Shown: positions 21,626 through 38,897 of the stretch, one piece after another
How positions within the stretch are numbered: the first letter of the stretch is position 1
Layout: every line of letters begins with the position of its first letter
Assembly: GCA_002269645.1 (NCBI GenBank)
Contig: NIVC01000326.1
Coordinates: 507,464 to 571,463, forward strand
From: Macrostomum lignano
Lineage: Eukaryota
Direction of reading: 5' to 3'
DNA length: 64,000 bases
The notes under the pieces: generated by a model
The model's input: only the letters and a program-made list of their open reading frames with translations
Databases searched by the model: none
What the model was told of the DNA's origin: nothing
Translations under genes and position numbers: made by a program

Positions 21626-24600
21626 TCATCGCACATCAGCGGAAGCAGACCTGAAAGCCGCAGACCGGGCCTCCCCAGTCAGTTGGGTCAGCGCCTCCAT
21701 GGACTGTCGCAGCTCTGCTTCGGGTTCAGCTTCCACTCCAGCCAGCCACTGGCCGCACTGCCCGGCAACAAACTGAGCGTCAATGTGCAGCTGCTCGCGA
21801 ATTTTATCATCGTCGCTGGCTGCCGAGGCCCTGCCGCCGGCGCCGCCAGCGCCTTTGGCTCTTGCCAGCTGGCGGAGGCTGTCCTCCATCCGCCTGACGG
21901 AGTCCAGCAGGTCGGCCAGGCCGGCCCGGTAGCGGGGCAGCACCTCACGGGACCAGGCGGTCACCCAGGCGGCCAACTTCGCCTTGGCAACAGACTCCGC
22001 GTTGGCAGACAGGAATTCCGACACTGGCTGCACCTGAGGGGAAGATGTTTGCGACGGGGTCAGGTGACCTCCAGGGCTGGTGTTTGGGCCAGGGGTCAGG
22101 TGACCTCCAGGGCTGGTGTTTGGGCCAGGGGTCAGGTGACCTCCAGGGCTGGTGTTTGGGCCAGGGGTCAGGTGACCTCCAGGGCTGGTGTTTGGGCCAG
22201 GGGTCAGGTGACCTCCAGGGCTGGTGTTTGGGCCAGGGGTCAGGTGACCTCCAGGGCTGGTGTTTGGGCCAGGGGTCAGGTGACCTCCAGGGCTGGTGTT
22301 TGGGCCAGGGGTCAGGTGACCTCCAGGGCTGGTGTTTGGGCCAGGGGTCAGGTGACCTCTAGGGCAGGTTTTTAAGCCAGGGGTCAGGTGACCTCTAGGG
22401 CAGGTTTTTAAGCCAGGGGTCAGGTGACCTCTAGGGCTCGTTTTTGGGACTGGGGTCAGGTGACCTCTAGGGCTCGTTTTTAAGACTGGGGTCAGGTGAC
22501 CTCCAGGACTGGTGTTTCGGACAGTGGTCAGGTGACCTATAGGGCTGGAGTTTGCGACGGGGTCAGGTGACCTCCAGGACTGGTGTTTGGGATGGAATCA
22601 GGTGACCTCCAGAGCTGTTTGGGATGGGGTCAGGTGACCATGAAGGCTACAGGTGTTCGTTACAGGGGTCAAGTGACCTCCAATCTAACAACTTAAACAA
22701 GAAAAATCGGTTTACTTTCAGTTAAAGATAAATAAATTTAACTTCGAGCGTAATACCATTTTTAAAATATAATTTTTATCGAGCAGTGAAGCAATGTACA
22801 TTGCCAGCGATCAGTTTGTGATTCAGAAAGCAAGCAAATATTACGAGGTACCAGATACTCGCTATTGTGCTCAGTACTGAAAATGAGTACCAACAGACAG
22901 CACGGGGAACTCCCGCATTTCTAGGAAATGCAAAACCGAAGGTACTGCTTAGTAAATCTATTTTATAGATATTTTACAGCCATGGAACCTATTGGCAATC
23001 TATTTTTAGCCACCACAAACGTCATTGCAGCATATAAGCTCAGTGTTGCATTGCAGTCAATCGAAAGGGCTTAGATAAATAATTCATTGATTGGATTAGT
23101 AACCCATGAGGTATATACAAATTAGCATTCCCATAGCCAACGATTAGAAACACATAGACTAGATTAGCAATCCACAGACTAGATTAGCAACCCAGACTAG
23201 ATTAGCAACCCACGGACTAGATTAGCAACCCACAGACTAGATTAGCAATCCACAGACTATATGAGCAACCCACAGACTAGATTAGCAATCCAAGACTAGA
23301 TTACTCGTAGCAATTCAAGACTAGATTAGCAATCCATACCCACCATATTCAGCGCGTAGGGAGACGGCTGCGTCGGCAGCTCCCTGTTGGTCTTCCGGTA
23401 CGCTCTCGGCACTTCGTTCAGCCGGCCGATGGCTTCCAGCGAACGCGCCACCAGCGAGGCGCAGACCTGCTCGTCCAGCAGGCCGCAGATGGCGTCCCAC
23501 CGGGCCAGACAGTCAGTCAGGGCAGTCAGGAACAGCTGGTCACGCTCAGCCGATTTGATTCCAGCATCCCCAGCCTCATCAGCATCGCCGGCATCAGCCA
23601 GAGGCAGGTCGGCAAACTTTGGCTGCACAGCGTCGCTGAACAGACGCAGAATTTCGGCCTTGGCGGCGGCCAGGTCCGCGGCCAGCAGCAGCGCCCGCCT
23701 GACGCCCTCCTCCCCTGTGCCGATGTCGGCCGCCAGGCCTTCAAAATGCGCGCCGCACCGGCAGATGATGAGCAGCGTCAGCTTCCAGAATCTGCCAGTC
23801 AGCGACGGCAGGTGCACCTCCGGGCACCAGACCCGCGATAGGGCGGCGAGGGCGGCAGAGGTCGCTTTAAGGCGGCAGGCGGAGCCGCCGGGAGGGGCCG
23901 GGGACAGGCCGCAGGCGGACAGCTCCTGGTCCAGGCTGCTAGTCACCTGGTGGATGGCGAAGGAGATTGATGGGTATGGCCAGGTCAGGGTTGTTATTGA
24001 TGAAGCTGCTTCACAGAGTTTGCACTTAATACCAATTTATCCTTTATCCAACAATCCCAGAGTGTCAGTTGCTGGGCCAGCCTCCCAGAGTGTCAGTTGC
24101 TGGGCCAGCCTCCCAGATCTTCAGTTGCTGGGCCAGCCTCCCAGAATGTCAGTTGCTGGGCCAGCATCCTGGATCCTCAGTTGCTGGGCCAGCATCCTGG
24201 ATCCTCAGTTGCTGGGCCAGATCCCAGATCCTCAGTTGCTGGGCCAGCCTCGCAGATCCTGTTGCTGGGCCAGCATCCTGGATCCTCAGTTGCTGGGCCA
24301 GCATCCTGGATCCTCAGTTGCTGGGCCAGCCTCCCAGATCTTCAGTTGCTGGGCCAGCCTCCCAGAATGTCAGTTGCTGGGCCAGCATCCTGGATCCTCA
24401 GTTGCTGGGCCAGCATCCTGGATCTTCAGTTGCTGGGCCAGCCTCCCAGATCCTCAGTTGCTGGGCCAGCCTCCCAGATCTTCAGTTGCTGGGCCAGCCT
24501 CCCATATCCTCAGTTGCTGGGCCAGCCTCCCAGATCCCCAGTTGCTGGGCCCAGCCTCCCAGATCCCCAGTTGCTGGGCCCAGCCTCCCAGATCCTCAGT

Positions 24601-27600
24601 TGCTGGGCCCAGCCTCCCAGATCCTCAGTTGCTGGGCCAGCCTCCCAGATCCTCAGTTGCTGGGCCAGCCTCCCAGATCCTCAGTTGCTGGGCCAGCATC
24701 CCAGTTCCCAGATCTTCAGTTGCTGAGCCCAAGATCTCAGACTCCAGTTTGCCAATGCTAACATGTAAATGAGTTCATAAGTATCATAAGAGCTTTTTTA
24801 CCCACAATCGTCATTGTCGAGAATTTTGCAAGCAGAAATTAATTGAATTAACTGCAGCTCATTCTCCGTTAACTACCTGTTAATATTAAAAGTTCACAGA
24901 TTAAGCTTGGGTCCAATAAAGAACAAGCAAATGATCTGGATTTATATAGACTAAATCAAGTTTACTGACATGAAAAGATAAAGAGCAAGGCCGCGAAAGA
25001 CAGCAAAAGTTTTGAATAACTTCAAAGTTATTTTTAGAAAACAGATTTGGCTGATAAAAATGTGCGCAATAAAAACAGCAATAAAGTGAAGTAAATATAA
25101 TCTTGACGAAGTTCTACGCTTGCAATGTACAGCTATAGGGGTTCATGAAAAGCATTACTAAGCAAAACAGAGGTGAGCATGATTAAGCTGTTTTTACTGC
25201 CAAGTGTAGAATTCTAATGCAATTAAAAGGGGGGGGGGGCGGGTGAAGGGTTTTGCAATAGAGAGCCTTGTTCGGAACATGATGAAAGGAAGTTAGAGGG
25301 TGAATATAACTGTGCAGATGGGGATGCAGATGCAGAAAGCAGATGGAGGAGGGTAGACAGCAGATGGAGGAGGGTAGACAGCAGATGGAGGAGGGTAGAC
25401 AGCAGATGGAGGAGGGTAGACAGCAGATGGAGGAGGGTAGTCAGCAGATGGAGGAGGGTAGACAGCAGATGGAGGAGGGTAGACAGCAGATGGAGGAGGG
25501 TAGACAGCAGATGGAGGAGGGTAGACAGCAGATGGAGGGTAGTCAGCAGATGGAGGGTAGTCAGCAGATGGAGGAGGGTAGACAGCAAATGGAGGAGGGT
25601 AGACAGCAGATGGAGGAGGGTAGACAGCAGATGGAGGAGGGTAGACAGCAGATGGAGGGTAGTCAGCAGATGGAGGGTAGTCAGCAGATGGAGGAGGGTA
25701 GACAGCAAATGGAGGAGGGTAGACAGCAGATGGAGGAGGGTAGACAGCAAATGGAGGAGGGTAGACAGCAGATGGAGGAGGGTAGTCAGCAGATGGAGGA
25801 GGGTAGACAGCAGATGGAGGAGGGTAGTCAGCAGATGGAGGGCAGACAGCAGATCGAGGAGGGTAGTCAGCAGATGGAGGGTATTCAGCAGATGGAGGAG
25901 GGTAGAGGGCAGAGGGCGGATAGAGAGAGGGTATACATAGTAGAGGGCGGGTGGAGGAGGTTAGAGGGCACATTGAGAAGGATACAGGGCGGGTAAGGGG
26001 GTAGAGGGTGGATGAAGAGGGTAGAGCACACAGAGGCAGACAAGGTAGAGAGCGGACCAAGCCGGAAGCCCCGCCACTAGCAGACGGGTCTCACCTCGTG
26101 CAGGCGGATCTGGAAGTACACGGCCAGGTTGAACTTTCTCTTGAGCTCCCAGTAGGCTGGCAGGCTGCTGAGGCGGGGCAGCAGGGCCTGGAACTGCGGC
26201 AGGAACTCCAGCACGGTAAGGCTGTAGCGCTGGTGAAAGCGGTCCGGGTTGCCCGGGTTGAACAGCATTGGCAGCTCGTCGATCAGGTGACGGGCGAGCT
26301 CGGGGAACACGGCGCCGCCAAGGAAGTCGAAGTGGCGCGTCAGACCGGCGGGGTCCAGCAGGCTGGCCCAGGCGTCGCGCTGCTCGCGGGCGAAGTCCAG
26401 CACGGAGGCGAAGGCGGCCGACAGCTGCTGCTGCTGCTGGAGCGTGTCCTGCAGGGCGAGGGTGTTTTGGGTCACGTGGGTCAGCTTGGGTCATGCTGGA
26501 GTCACACTGGGTCAGCGTGGGTCTTGCTGGGTCAACTTAGGCATTGCTGGGTCATGCTGGGCCAGCTTGGGCATTTCTGGGACACGCCGGGTCAGCTTGG
26601 GTCATGCTGGGCAGCTTGGGCATTTCTGGGACACGCCGGGTCAGCTTGGGTCTTGCTGGGCCAGCTTGGGTCATGCTGGGTCAGCTTGGGTCATGCTGGG
26701 TTAGCTTGGGCATTTCTGGGACACGCCGGGTCAGCTTGGGTCATGCTGGGCCAGCTTGGATCATGCTGGGTCAGCTTGGGTCATGCTGGGTCAGCTAAAA
26801 CTCCAACCTGCACGAGCACGGAGCGCAGGAAGCGCCGCACGGTCAGCTCCCTGTAGATCTCCAGCGCCTGGTCCGGCCGGCCCAGCCCGGCGAAGGCCGT
26901 CAACGCCACCCGAATGGCCGGCTTATCGTTGCTTAGCAACGCGTTAGTCAACGCGTCGGCCAGACGACGTTCGAGCAGCTCGCCGAGGCGGCTGGCGCGC
27001 GGCCGGAGCCCGTCGATGGTCTGGTTGGAACCGCGCCATCGCGCGCACAGATGGCTGAGGCGGGCGTAGGCGCGGCCGCAGCGCTCCAGGCTGACGGGCA
27101 GCTGCTGGCCGGGCGGGCTGGAGGCCGCGGACGGCGCCTCGCCCAGCCAGAGCTCCAGCTTGGCCACGAGGCCGAGGCAGGCGGCAACCGCTCGCTGGGC
27201 CGCCTCTTTCTGGGCAGCCTGGGAGCGGCTCCTCAGCTGCTCGCCTGCGTCAGCCAGCGCGTCATCGATCTGGGCGAGGATTTCCGTCACCTTGGGGAGA
27301 ATGGGAGTGTGGGATTGGTGGGAGTTGAGAATTGGATGTGTCTGCCTGAGAACTGGATGTGTCTGCTGAGAACTGGATGTGTCTGCTGAGAACTGGATGT
27401 GTCTGCCTGAGAACTGGATGTGTCTGTCTGAGAACTGGATGTGTCTGTCTGAGAACTGGATGTGTCTGCCTGAGAACTGGATGTGTCTGCCTGAGAACTG
27501 GATGTGTCTGCCTGAGAACTGGATGTGTCTGCCTGAGAACTGGATGTGTCTGCTGAGAACTGGATGTGTCTGCTGAGAACTGGATGTGTCTGCCTGAGAA

Positions 27601-29723
27601 CTGGATGTGTCTGTCTGAGAACTGGATGTGTCTGCCTGAGAACTGGATGTGTCTGCCTGAGAACTGGATGTGTCTGCCTGAGAACTGGATGTGTCTGCCT
27701 GAGAACTGGATGTGTCTGCCTGAGAACTGGATGTGCCTGCCTGAGAACTGGATGTGTCTGCCTGAGAACTGGATGTGTCTGCCTGGAGAACTGGATGTGT
27801 CTGCCTGAGAACTGGATGTGTCTGCCTGAGAACTGGATGTGTCTGCCTGAGAACTGGATGTGTCTGCCTGGAGAACTGGATGTGTCTGCCTGAGAACTGG
27901 ATGTGTCTGTCTGAGAACTGGATGTGTCTGCCTGAGAACTGGATGTGCCTGCCTGAGAACTGGATGTGTCTGCCTGAGAACTGGATGTGTCTGCCTGGAG
28001 AACTGGATGTGTCTGCCTGAGAACTGGAACTGCAAGTGTAAAGTGCCTGAGAAGTGCAAAAAGGTTTGAGCATTAAGCTTTCCAGCATTAGTTTGCGAAC
28101 TAAAAGTATTCTTAGAAAAAGCGCGTGAGCTCGCTTAGGCGTGTCCTCAGGCTATGGCTATTCACACGGGCTTATTAGGATGCATATTAATCAAATAATA
28201 AAAGTTTGCTCTGACAGGCATAAAGCTGCTCAAAACGCTGTGCTTTTGGACCCCACGAGTAGTGCTTCAATGAATTTGAATACAACAGAAGATGGAAAGA
28301 GAAGCTTTGCGCGAGAACAGAAAGATGAGCCAAAAGTTTTACTGCACTAGTTGAGTCTGAGTTGGTATCACGACAGCCTTTGAGTGAGCTGGTATCATGA
28401 GATCTGCAGTCAGTGAGTGAGCTGGTATCATGAGATCTGCAGTCAGGGAGTGAGCTGGCATCATGAGATCTGCAGTCAGTGAGTGAGCTGGCATCATGAG
28501 ATCTGCAGTCAGTGAGTGAGCTGGCATCATGAGATCTGCAGTCAGTGAGTGAGCTGGCATCATGAGATCTGCAGTCAGTGAGTGAGCTGGCATCATGAGA
28601 TCTGCAGTCAGTGAGTGAGCTGGCATCATGAGATCTGCAGTCAGTGAGTGAGCTGGCATCATGAGATCTGCAGTCAGTGAGTGAGCTGGTATCATGAGAT
28701 CTGCAGTCAGGGAGTGAGCTGGCATCATGAGATCTGCAGTCAGTGAGTGAGCTGGCATCATGAGATCTGCAGTCAGTGAGTGAGCTGGCATCATGAGATC
28801 TGCAGTCAGTGATAAGGCAGTAAGTTCAAATAAACAGAAAAATGGCATGAATAGTTTATCATGCGAATTAAAAGCTCAGGAGCCTTAGAACTAAAAAATT
28901 CTGAGTCTTGCTCGACAGAGCACAGAGCTGAGGCTGCAGCCAGAATCTTGGATGCTGATGAATAAACACACGCCCTTCTGTACCACACGACAATAGATGA
29001 AGCGCATGCTAAAAAATAACGCTATTATTAAAAATATCTCATACGCAATTTTAAGCACCTACTGAAATGGAAAAACTAGCCGAGTACTTGGCTACTCACT
29101 TATTGCTGTCTCAGTGCCTTATTTCACTTTGTAAAGCTACTTGGCGCAGTGCACAGAGTAAAGCTTGTTAGGTAGTCTGAATAAATCAGTCAGTCAGTCA
29201 GTCAGTCAGTCAGTCAGTCAGTCAGTCAGTCAGTCAGTCATTCACTCAGAAAATTCCAAAAACGTGCAGAATCGAACCCGAGACCCCCACTGACCTGCTC
29301 TCTCAGCTGCATGACAGGCGTGTGGATGGCGCTGAGCGCCTTGTCCAGGCCAGCCAGGTTGGTGGACAAGCTGACAAAGTCCGCATAGTCCTGATTGATG
29401 AGCTCGATCAGCGAGTTCGTGAGCACCCGATGGTAAGCCACCAGATCGTCGCGCAGCTTCTCTAGCGGCGCCCGGCGCTTGTGCTCGAGAATGAAGGCGT
29501 CGAGGTCAAAGTCGGGCCGGTAGAAAACCGCCGGATCGAACACGAAGCTCTGGCCGCGCGCAGCCGACTGCGGGTCCGCAGCCAGCGAGTCGCCGGCCGT
29601 GTCGAACAGAAACTGCCGCTGCTGCTGCTTGCCGCCGCCGCCGCCGCCGCCGCCCGGAGACGTCGCTTCAGAGTCCGCGGTGGCCGCGGGCGACTTTGGC
29701 GAACTTGCTGCCGTTGAAGACGC
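21626..29723 (-). CDS. COG2: Conserved oligomeric Golgi complex subunit 2; exons 29295..29723, 26808..27290, 26095..26448, 23344..23946, 21626..22033
   Basis: Recognised motifs LRDDL..Y..L...LIELINQDYADFVSLSTNL, LFNPGNPDRFHQRY..FNLAVYFQIR, VPRAYRKTNRELPT, DSVRRMEDSL and SDDDKIREQL. All four introns are GT-AG, phase 0, and all exon lengths are multiples of 3. No genomic ATG was found for the first exon. Confidence 0.93.
22057..22680. repeat. 36-bp minisatellite in COG2 intron 4
   Basis: GGGGTCAGGTGACCTCCAGGGCTGGTGTTTGGGCCA units, decaying away from the exon. Confidence 0.95.
23155..23335. repeat. 20-bp minisatellite (GACTAGATTAGCAACCCACA) in COG2 intron 4
   Basis: About 9 direct units beside the donor. 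Confidence 0.9.
24060..24740. repeat. 28-bp minisatellite (GTTGCTGGGCCAGCCTCCCAGATCCTCA) in COG2 intron 3
   Basis: Direct tandem units. Confidence 0.93.
25340..25900. repeat. 21-bp minisatellite (CAGCAGATGGAGGAGGGTAGA) in COG2 intron 3
   Basis: Direct tandem units, with 18-bp variants. Confidence 0.93.
26465..26795. repeat. 10/20-bp repeat (GGGTCAGCTT/GGGTCATGCT) filling COG2 intron 2
   Basis: Direct degenerate units occupying nearly the whole intron. Confidence 0.88.
27330..28030. repeat. 21-bp minisatellite (GAGAACTGGATGTGTCTGCCT) in COG2 intron 1
   Basis: Direct tandem units, with 20- and 22-bp variants. Confidence 0.95.
28380..28810. repeat. 33-bp minisatellite in COG2 intron 1
   Basis: GAGTGAGCTGGCATCATGAGATCTGCAGTCAGT, about 13 copies. 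Confidence 0.95.
29186..29240. repeat. (CAGT)n microsatellite
   Basis: About 13 perfect units beside the COG2 exon 1 donor. Confidence 0.95.
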
Positions 29724-29749
29724 CTGAAAGTAGACATGGGACAGATTTG

Positions 29750-30685
29750 CACGGCTATTAGACTGATTTTTATGGGAAATTAGAGAGCAATTGGACTCAT
29801 TTGCACGGGAAATTAGACTGATTTGCACGGCAATTAGAGACTGATTTGCACGGCAATTAGAGACTGATTTGCACAGCAATTAGACTCATTTGCACGGACA
29901 ATTAGAGACTCATTTTCACGGCAATTAGACTCATTTTCACGGGCAATTAGACTCATTTGCACGGACAATAAGAGACTCATTTGCACGGACAATAAGAGAC
30001 TCATTTGCACGGACAATTAGAGACTCATTTGCACGGACAATTAGAGACTCATTTGCACGGACAATTAGAGACTCATTTGCACGGACAATTAGAGACTCAT
30101 TTGCACGGACAATTAGAGACTCATTTGCACGGACAATTAGAGACTCATTTGCACGGATAATTAGAGACTCATTTGCACGGACAATTAGAGACTCATTTGC
30201 ACGGATAATTAGAGACTCATTTGCACGGCTATTAGACTCATTTGCACGGCTATTAGAGACTGATTTGCACGGCTATTAGAGACTGATTTGCACAGCAATT
30301 AGAGACTCATTTGCACGGACAATTAGAGACTCATTTTCACGGCAATTAGACTCATTTGCACGGACAATTAGAGACTCATTTGCACGGACAATTAGAGACT
30401 CATTTGCACGGACAATTAGAGACTCATTTGCACGGACAATTAGAGACTCATTTGCACGGCTATTAGAGACTCATTTGCACGGCTATTAGACTCATTTGCA
30501 CGGCTATTAGACTCATTTGCACGGCTATTAGAGACTCATTTCCTCGGGCAATTAGACTCATTTGCACGGGCAATTAGACTCATTTGCACGGACAATTAGA
30601 CTCATTTGCACGGGCAATTAGCGACTGATTTGCACGGGACACTAGACTCATTCCCACGGCTATTAGACTCATTTGCACGGGCAGC
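29750..30685. repeat. 22-24-bp minisatellite (GAGACTCATTTGCACGGACAATTA) upstream of the first COG2 exon
   Basis: Direct tandem units. Confidence 0.95.
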
Positions 30686-31152
30686 TAGAGACAAAGCACG
30701 AGAAAAAATGTTTAGTAAATAATCCAGTTCATTCCAAAGCCAGCAGCACCGCAGATTGCAGTGTATTTGTGATTAGTGCCAGGTACTTGCACAATGCACA
30801 TGGCGATAAGTCTTGGGTCTTGAAGTATTCGATAAAAAACGGGACCAGTCTGACCTCAGGCCTCACCAAACAAAGTTAGCTATTCTTATCAGAATCTCTG
30901 CGTTAAAATGGATTGACAATTTCACAATAAAGTTATTCGTACATGCGCGCTGCACTACTCAGAATTAAAACGATAGTAGTAGCACGTAAAGAATTTCTTC
31001 ACAAAAAAACGAAACAAGGAGACAAAATTTTGAAGAGAATTGAACCAATCCAGGAACACATCATTTGAAAATGGCAAATACAAAAATGCAGCACAAAAGA
31101 GGAAGCAGAATGGCATTCAAGGAGCCCTTCAAAAAAAGCCAAGGACTGCGGA

Positions 31153-34978
<3,826 letters not shown>

Positions 34979-34999
34979 CTAGCCATGTTTACAAACAGT

Positions 35000-37900
35000 T
35001 ACACAAGTTAATCTAACATTTTATAGATTATTTATATGTTATCCTGAAATAATTTGCATATAACTGTTTTATAATATCAAAGTCTGTTACTCTTACAAAG
35101 CAGATGATTAGCCAACTATAATTATGTATAACCACACCCAAAATTATTTTCTAATCCTGATCTTCTGATGACGATAAATTGGAAGCATCTTCTTGTGGAC
35201 TCTCTAGATACAGTTTTCTTAATTAAACCATAGGTTCTATCAAATATGAGCTTCCTAAAGACAATGAACTCAGGGACTTTATTGAGTTTATAAACAATCC
35301 TAGCTGAAGTGATGACAATCTTTTAGATGTATTGCTAAATAAATATGTTGCTATCACTATTGATACTAGGCCCTAGTACCATAGCCAGTAAAGGAGCATT
35401 GTCTGAATTGGATGATGTAGAACTGAAATTTCTGCCAAAGACAAGCAGGGATCAAATTATTTAGCACAAAAAAATTTATGAACAACATCAGAATCACTTG
35501 GTCTAAGCTATCATACATTAGCTATGCCTAGTGTAGAACAATTGAATGAGTATCTGCAACTATTGATATAACTTTTGTCTAAAGAAACTAGACAATGAGC
35601 TACACTTAGCAATGAGCTGGGTTTATATCCAAGTAGGCCTATAGCATTATTTTCATTATGCCATCAAGTGGGAACTAAACCTTGTTACCTAGTTCTAAGT
35701 TTTCAATAGCCAATAGAATGTTATGTTTAAGTCCACAAGTTTCATTCTATGGGAAGATCTATCAAGCATTTTCCTAGACAAAGTAAATTCCTATTTAGGT
35801 ATACCTATTTATATTATATATAATACAACACACTAATAACCAGGGGACATTATAGATTTAGAAAGATAGAAAGTATAGACTCAAGCCTAAAGGGAGACTT
35901 AAACTAAAGGAAGAGAATTGCAACACTATTATAGATTTTGAATTAGAAAAAAAGTATGCCAAACAACTTTTTGTATATAGCATATTATAGGCCTCAAATT
36001 TTTATATATAATGAAAACAGTGACTTGACATTTTGTCAAAAAACTTTTTGCCAAAAGCCTTTAACTAACAAAACTAAAACTAAAGCAAAATGTCAAAACT
36101 AAAAGGGTAAAACTAGAAAGGCACTAGAAGGTACAATTGAAATTGTCATATTCAAAAATTAAAAATCATTATAATAATGACGATGTGACCAAATCTGTAA
36201 GGCTTTAATATTTCAATATGACAACTTTGACAAAAAGCAATTAAGGGCATTCTCATTTAATTCATGTAATTTATTTACCAATTGTATATGTATTGCAACT
36301 GACTATAATTTTATTATTTATTATAAATAGTGCTTCCATTTCAAATATGTACTTTAATTAGCAAAATATAGATGCTATAATTTAGTCAAATACGAGTCAA
36401 CTTATTAATATGTTAAATAATTAAGCCTAGTTTCTTGGAAAGGAAATTGAATTTAACAAAAAAATATTTTCAGATCCTATGGTAGGGCAAGCTACCACTT
36501 GAGCTATTGGCAGTTGACATTATTTTTTTTGATGATATCTTTTCTTTTGCATGTATGGCCTTTTTGGTAGTCTTCCCTGCCTTCCTATTGGCCCATCCTT
36601 TGCCCCTTCTGTTGGCCCAACCATTGGCCCTCTCTTTTTTATCCTTTGGTTTGCCTGGGGTTTTGTCCAGTTTTTTTGTTATCTCATCTGTTGCCGCATC
36701 CTTTGTCTCATCTTCTGCCCTCCTATCTGTTGTATTTTTGCTGGTATATACTATTTATATAGCCTGGTTTAGACCACACCATTTTTTATTTCTCTTCCTT
36801 TCTCCCATATTCTCTCTCTTGCTATTCATTGTCCAGTGTTTAGTTAGTTTATTGTTTGTTTTGGTAATATATACTTTTGACCTTGTTAGCTTGCTTCTTA
36901 TTTATTAACCATAGGCCCTACTTGCCCAGCATCTCAGCTTAGTTAGAATTCTCTTGTCTGTAGCTTGTATTTTGTTATTATTTTTTAAGTAGTTTTAGTG
37001 ACAACCAATAAAACATATAATCAATTCTATTTGATTTATTCACCAAACTAGGAATATTCCTAAAATTCTAAGAGGATATTTCTGCTATGAGATGAGCTAA
37101 GATCCTTGCATAACCAATGCAACACAATATGAAAATTTAATGAATGCAGCCTTATCCAATACAAAGACAATAAAAATTTTGATAACTTAGGTGTTTTCTT
37201 TGTAACCTATATAGGCCTAGGCTTTATGACAATTTCAAATAAGACTCCAGCCAAGCAAGCTAAATTCTAAAAGGCTTAGCCTTATAATGCCATAGCCTAG
37301 TTTAACTAGAAAATTATCAAGGGAAAATGTAGATTTGGGAAATGAAAACCAAAAAAAGAAAGCAAGCCTATATTTTTTATAAAAGTGCACTTGGTCCTAA
37401 TTTTTATTTTTTAAGTCCTTTTTTTTAAGGGATGACTATACAATATATACAAATATTTATTCATTAAATAATTAATATTATAAAGTAGGCCCCTAATACT
37501 TAGCCTTGTCTATTGCCATTTACTAATGGCAATGGCTACAATTATGCCAATAGGCCTATCATACAAAAATGACAATTCTAGGTCTACTTATTTTGTGTAG
37601 ATCATATAACATTCAAAGACTACCCAAGCAGAGAGGGATAGAAAACTAGGCCCTATATTTCTTAGAAAATGTTAAAGAGCCTGGTTTTACCAAAAATATA
37701 CTAATTACAGCAATTTTATGCTAGGCCTAGGCCTAACGTTATAGTTGCTAGATAAATAAAATGTTACTATCACTGTTGATATACCTAAGCGAAGGCTAGT
37801 ACTATAGGCATAGCCAGTGAAGAAACATTGTCAAAATTGGATGATGTAGAACTGCAATTGCTGCCAAAGAAGTGACAGATAAACACTTCTTATCATTTTT

Positions 37901-38100
37901 AGCATAAAAATTGATATTGCTTTCTTCAATAGAAGGCAGATCCAATGTTGATATTTTGATATGCTGTGCCTTTCTTACACTACAGCTCTTAGTTCTATTG
38001 ATATTTTGTAAAGCTTTTTGTTGAGAAAATTAAGATTCTATCAAGTTTCTAGTTCTATGTTAATATTTTATTCTATGTACAGAATGTACTAGGCGGCCCC
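35000..38100. other. AT-rich, strongly CpG-depleted island, probably a decayed repeat or element
   Basis: About 7 CG dinucleotides counted in 3.1 kb. Diverged internal direct repeat at about 35340-35470 and 37760-37910. Confidence 0.6.
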
Positions 38101-38533
38101 TAATGTACTGGATTCCCTGCTGCTGTACCTAAAAATCATAAAATTAAAAATGCATGTCACAGCTCGACTCGTCGACTAATTGGTTTTATGAATATATCTT
38201 TGTTGTAGGTGTCCTAGTCGCTTAGTCGGTCGAGATAAGCAATAAAATTTCACTGCTGCTAACCAAACGTAACAAATTTTGCAACTTCAGCGGATTATAG
38301 GCTACTGTTTCCAATCCTACCTAATGCCACCCACCCACACCGCACCAATTGTAGAAGGGGTAAAATTAAATAATGTGTCTCACCGTTGCTACCAATTGTA
38401 ACGGGGTGAAAGTTAGTATCTGTGTCGTTACTGAGATGGGAATTCCACAGGGTCTGTGGTCTCTAACTCGCTGCTAAGGAGTTGTGGCAGGCGGGACGGG
38501 ATGCCACAATTAAACTCTGATATTTATTACTTT

Positions 38534-38873
38534 TGTAATAGTGCTCAATTTGCGTGCGCGTGCACTTCTAGTGTTTTCGGATGTTTTCTCCGTATTTCTT
38601 TCTGTGTCACCCCACCCCTGCGTATAGCCTTTTCTAGAAATTTCTTTTTGTTTCTGATTGGCTGAAAACGCGTGAATAACGAGCCCCAACCAATAGAGTG
38701 CTTAGTACCTACCCTATCGACGAAATCCGATTGGTTAGGATTTTCTAAGCTGCGTTTTTCTAAGCTGCATCGCGGTCAGTCTATTTAATCAAGCAAGCTG
38801 GAACGCAAATAAATCAAGTTTTTCTCTGACTAAAGAAGTCCCGGCAGTTAAAACTCAAGAATACGCGGCTACA
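38534..38873 (+). repeat. 5' LTR
   Basis: TGTAATAG...GGCTACA, duplicated at 44504-44843. Confidence 0.97.
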
Positions 38874-38874
38874 T

Positions 38875-38889
38875 TGGCGACCACGCCAG
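38875..38889 (+). promoter_or_regulatory. Primer-binding site TGGCGACCACGCCAG (tRNA-Arg-like, inferred)
   Basis: TGG start 1 nt after the 5' LTR; complementary to a tRNA ending ...GUGGUCGCCA. Confidence 0.75.
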
Positions 38890-38897
38890 TTTTCCAC

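Noticed and set aside
21683-28848. Many long ORFs in COG2 introns or antisense to its exons (e.g. 23387-24772, 25343-25996, 27262-28059, 28339-28848)
   Set aside because: They are explained by minisatellites or by GC-rich antisense shadows of COG2 exons.
36507-36908. 133-aa hydrophobic ORF resembling a membrane protein
   Set aside because: It is the antisense of a purine-rich decayed frame in T-rich DNA, and its hydrophobicity is compositional.
38397-38533. Older LTR starting TGTAACGGGG interrupted by the Gypsy
   Set aside because: No matching end, partner LTR or TSD could be found.
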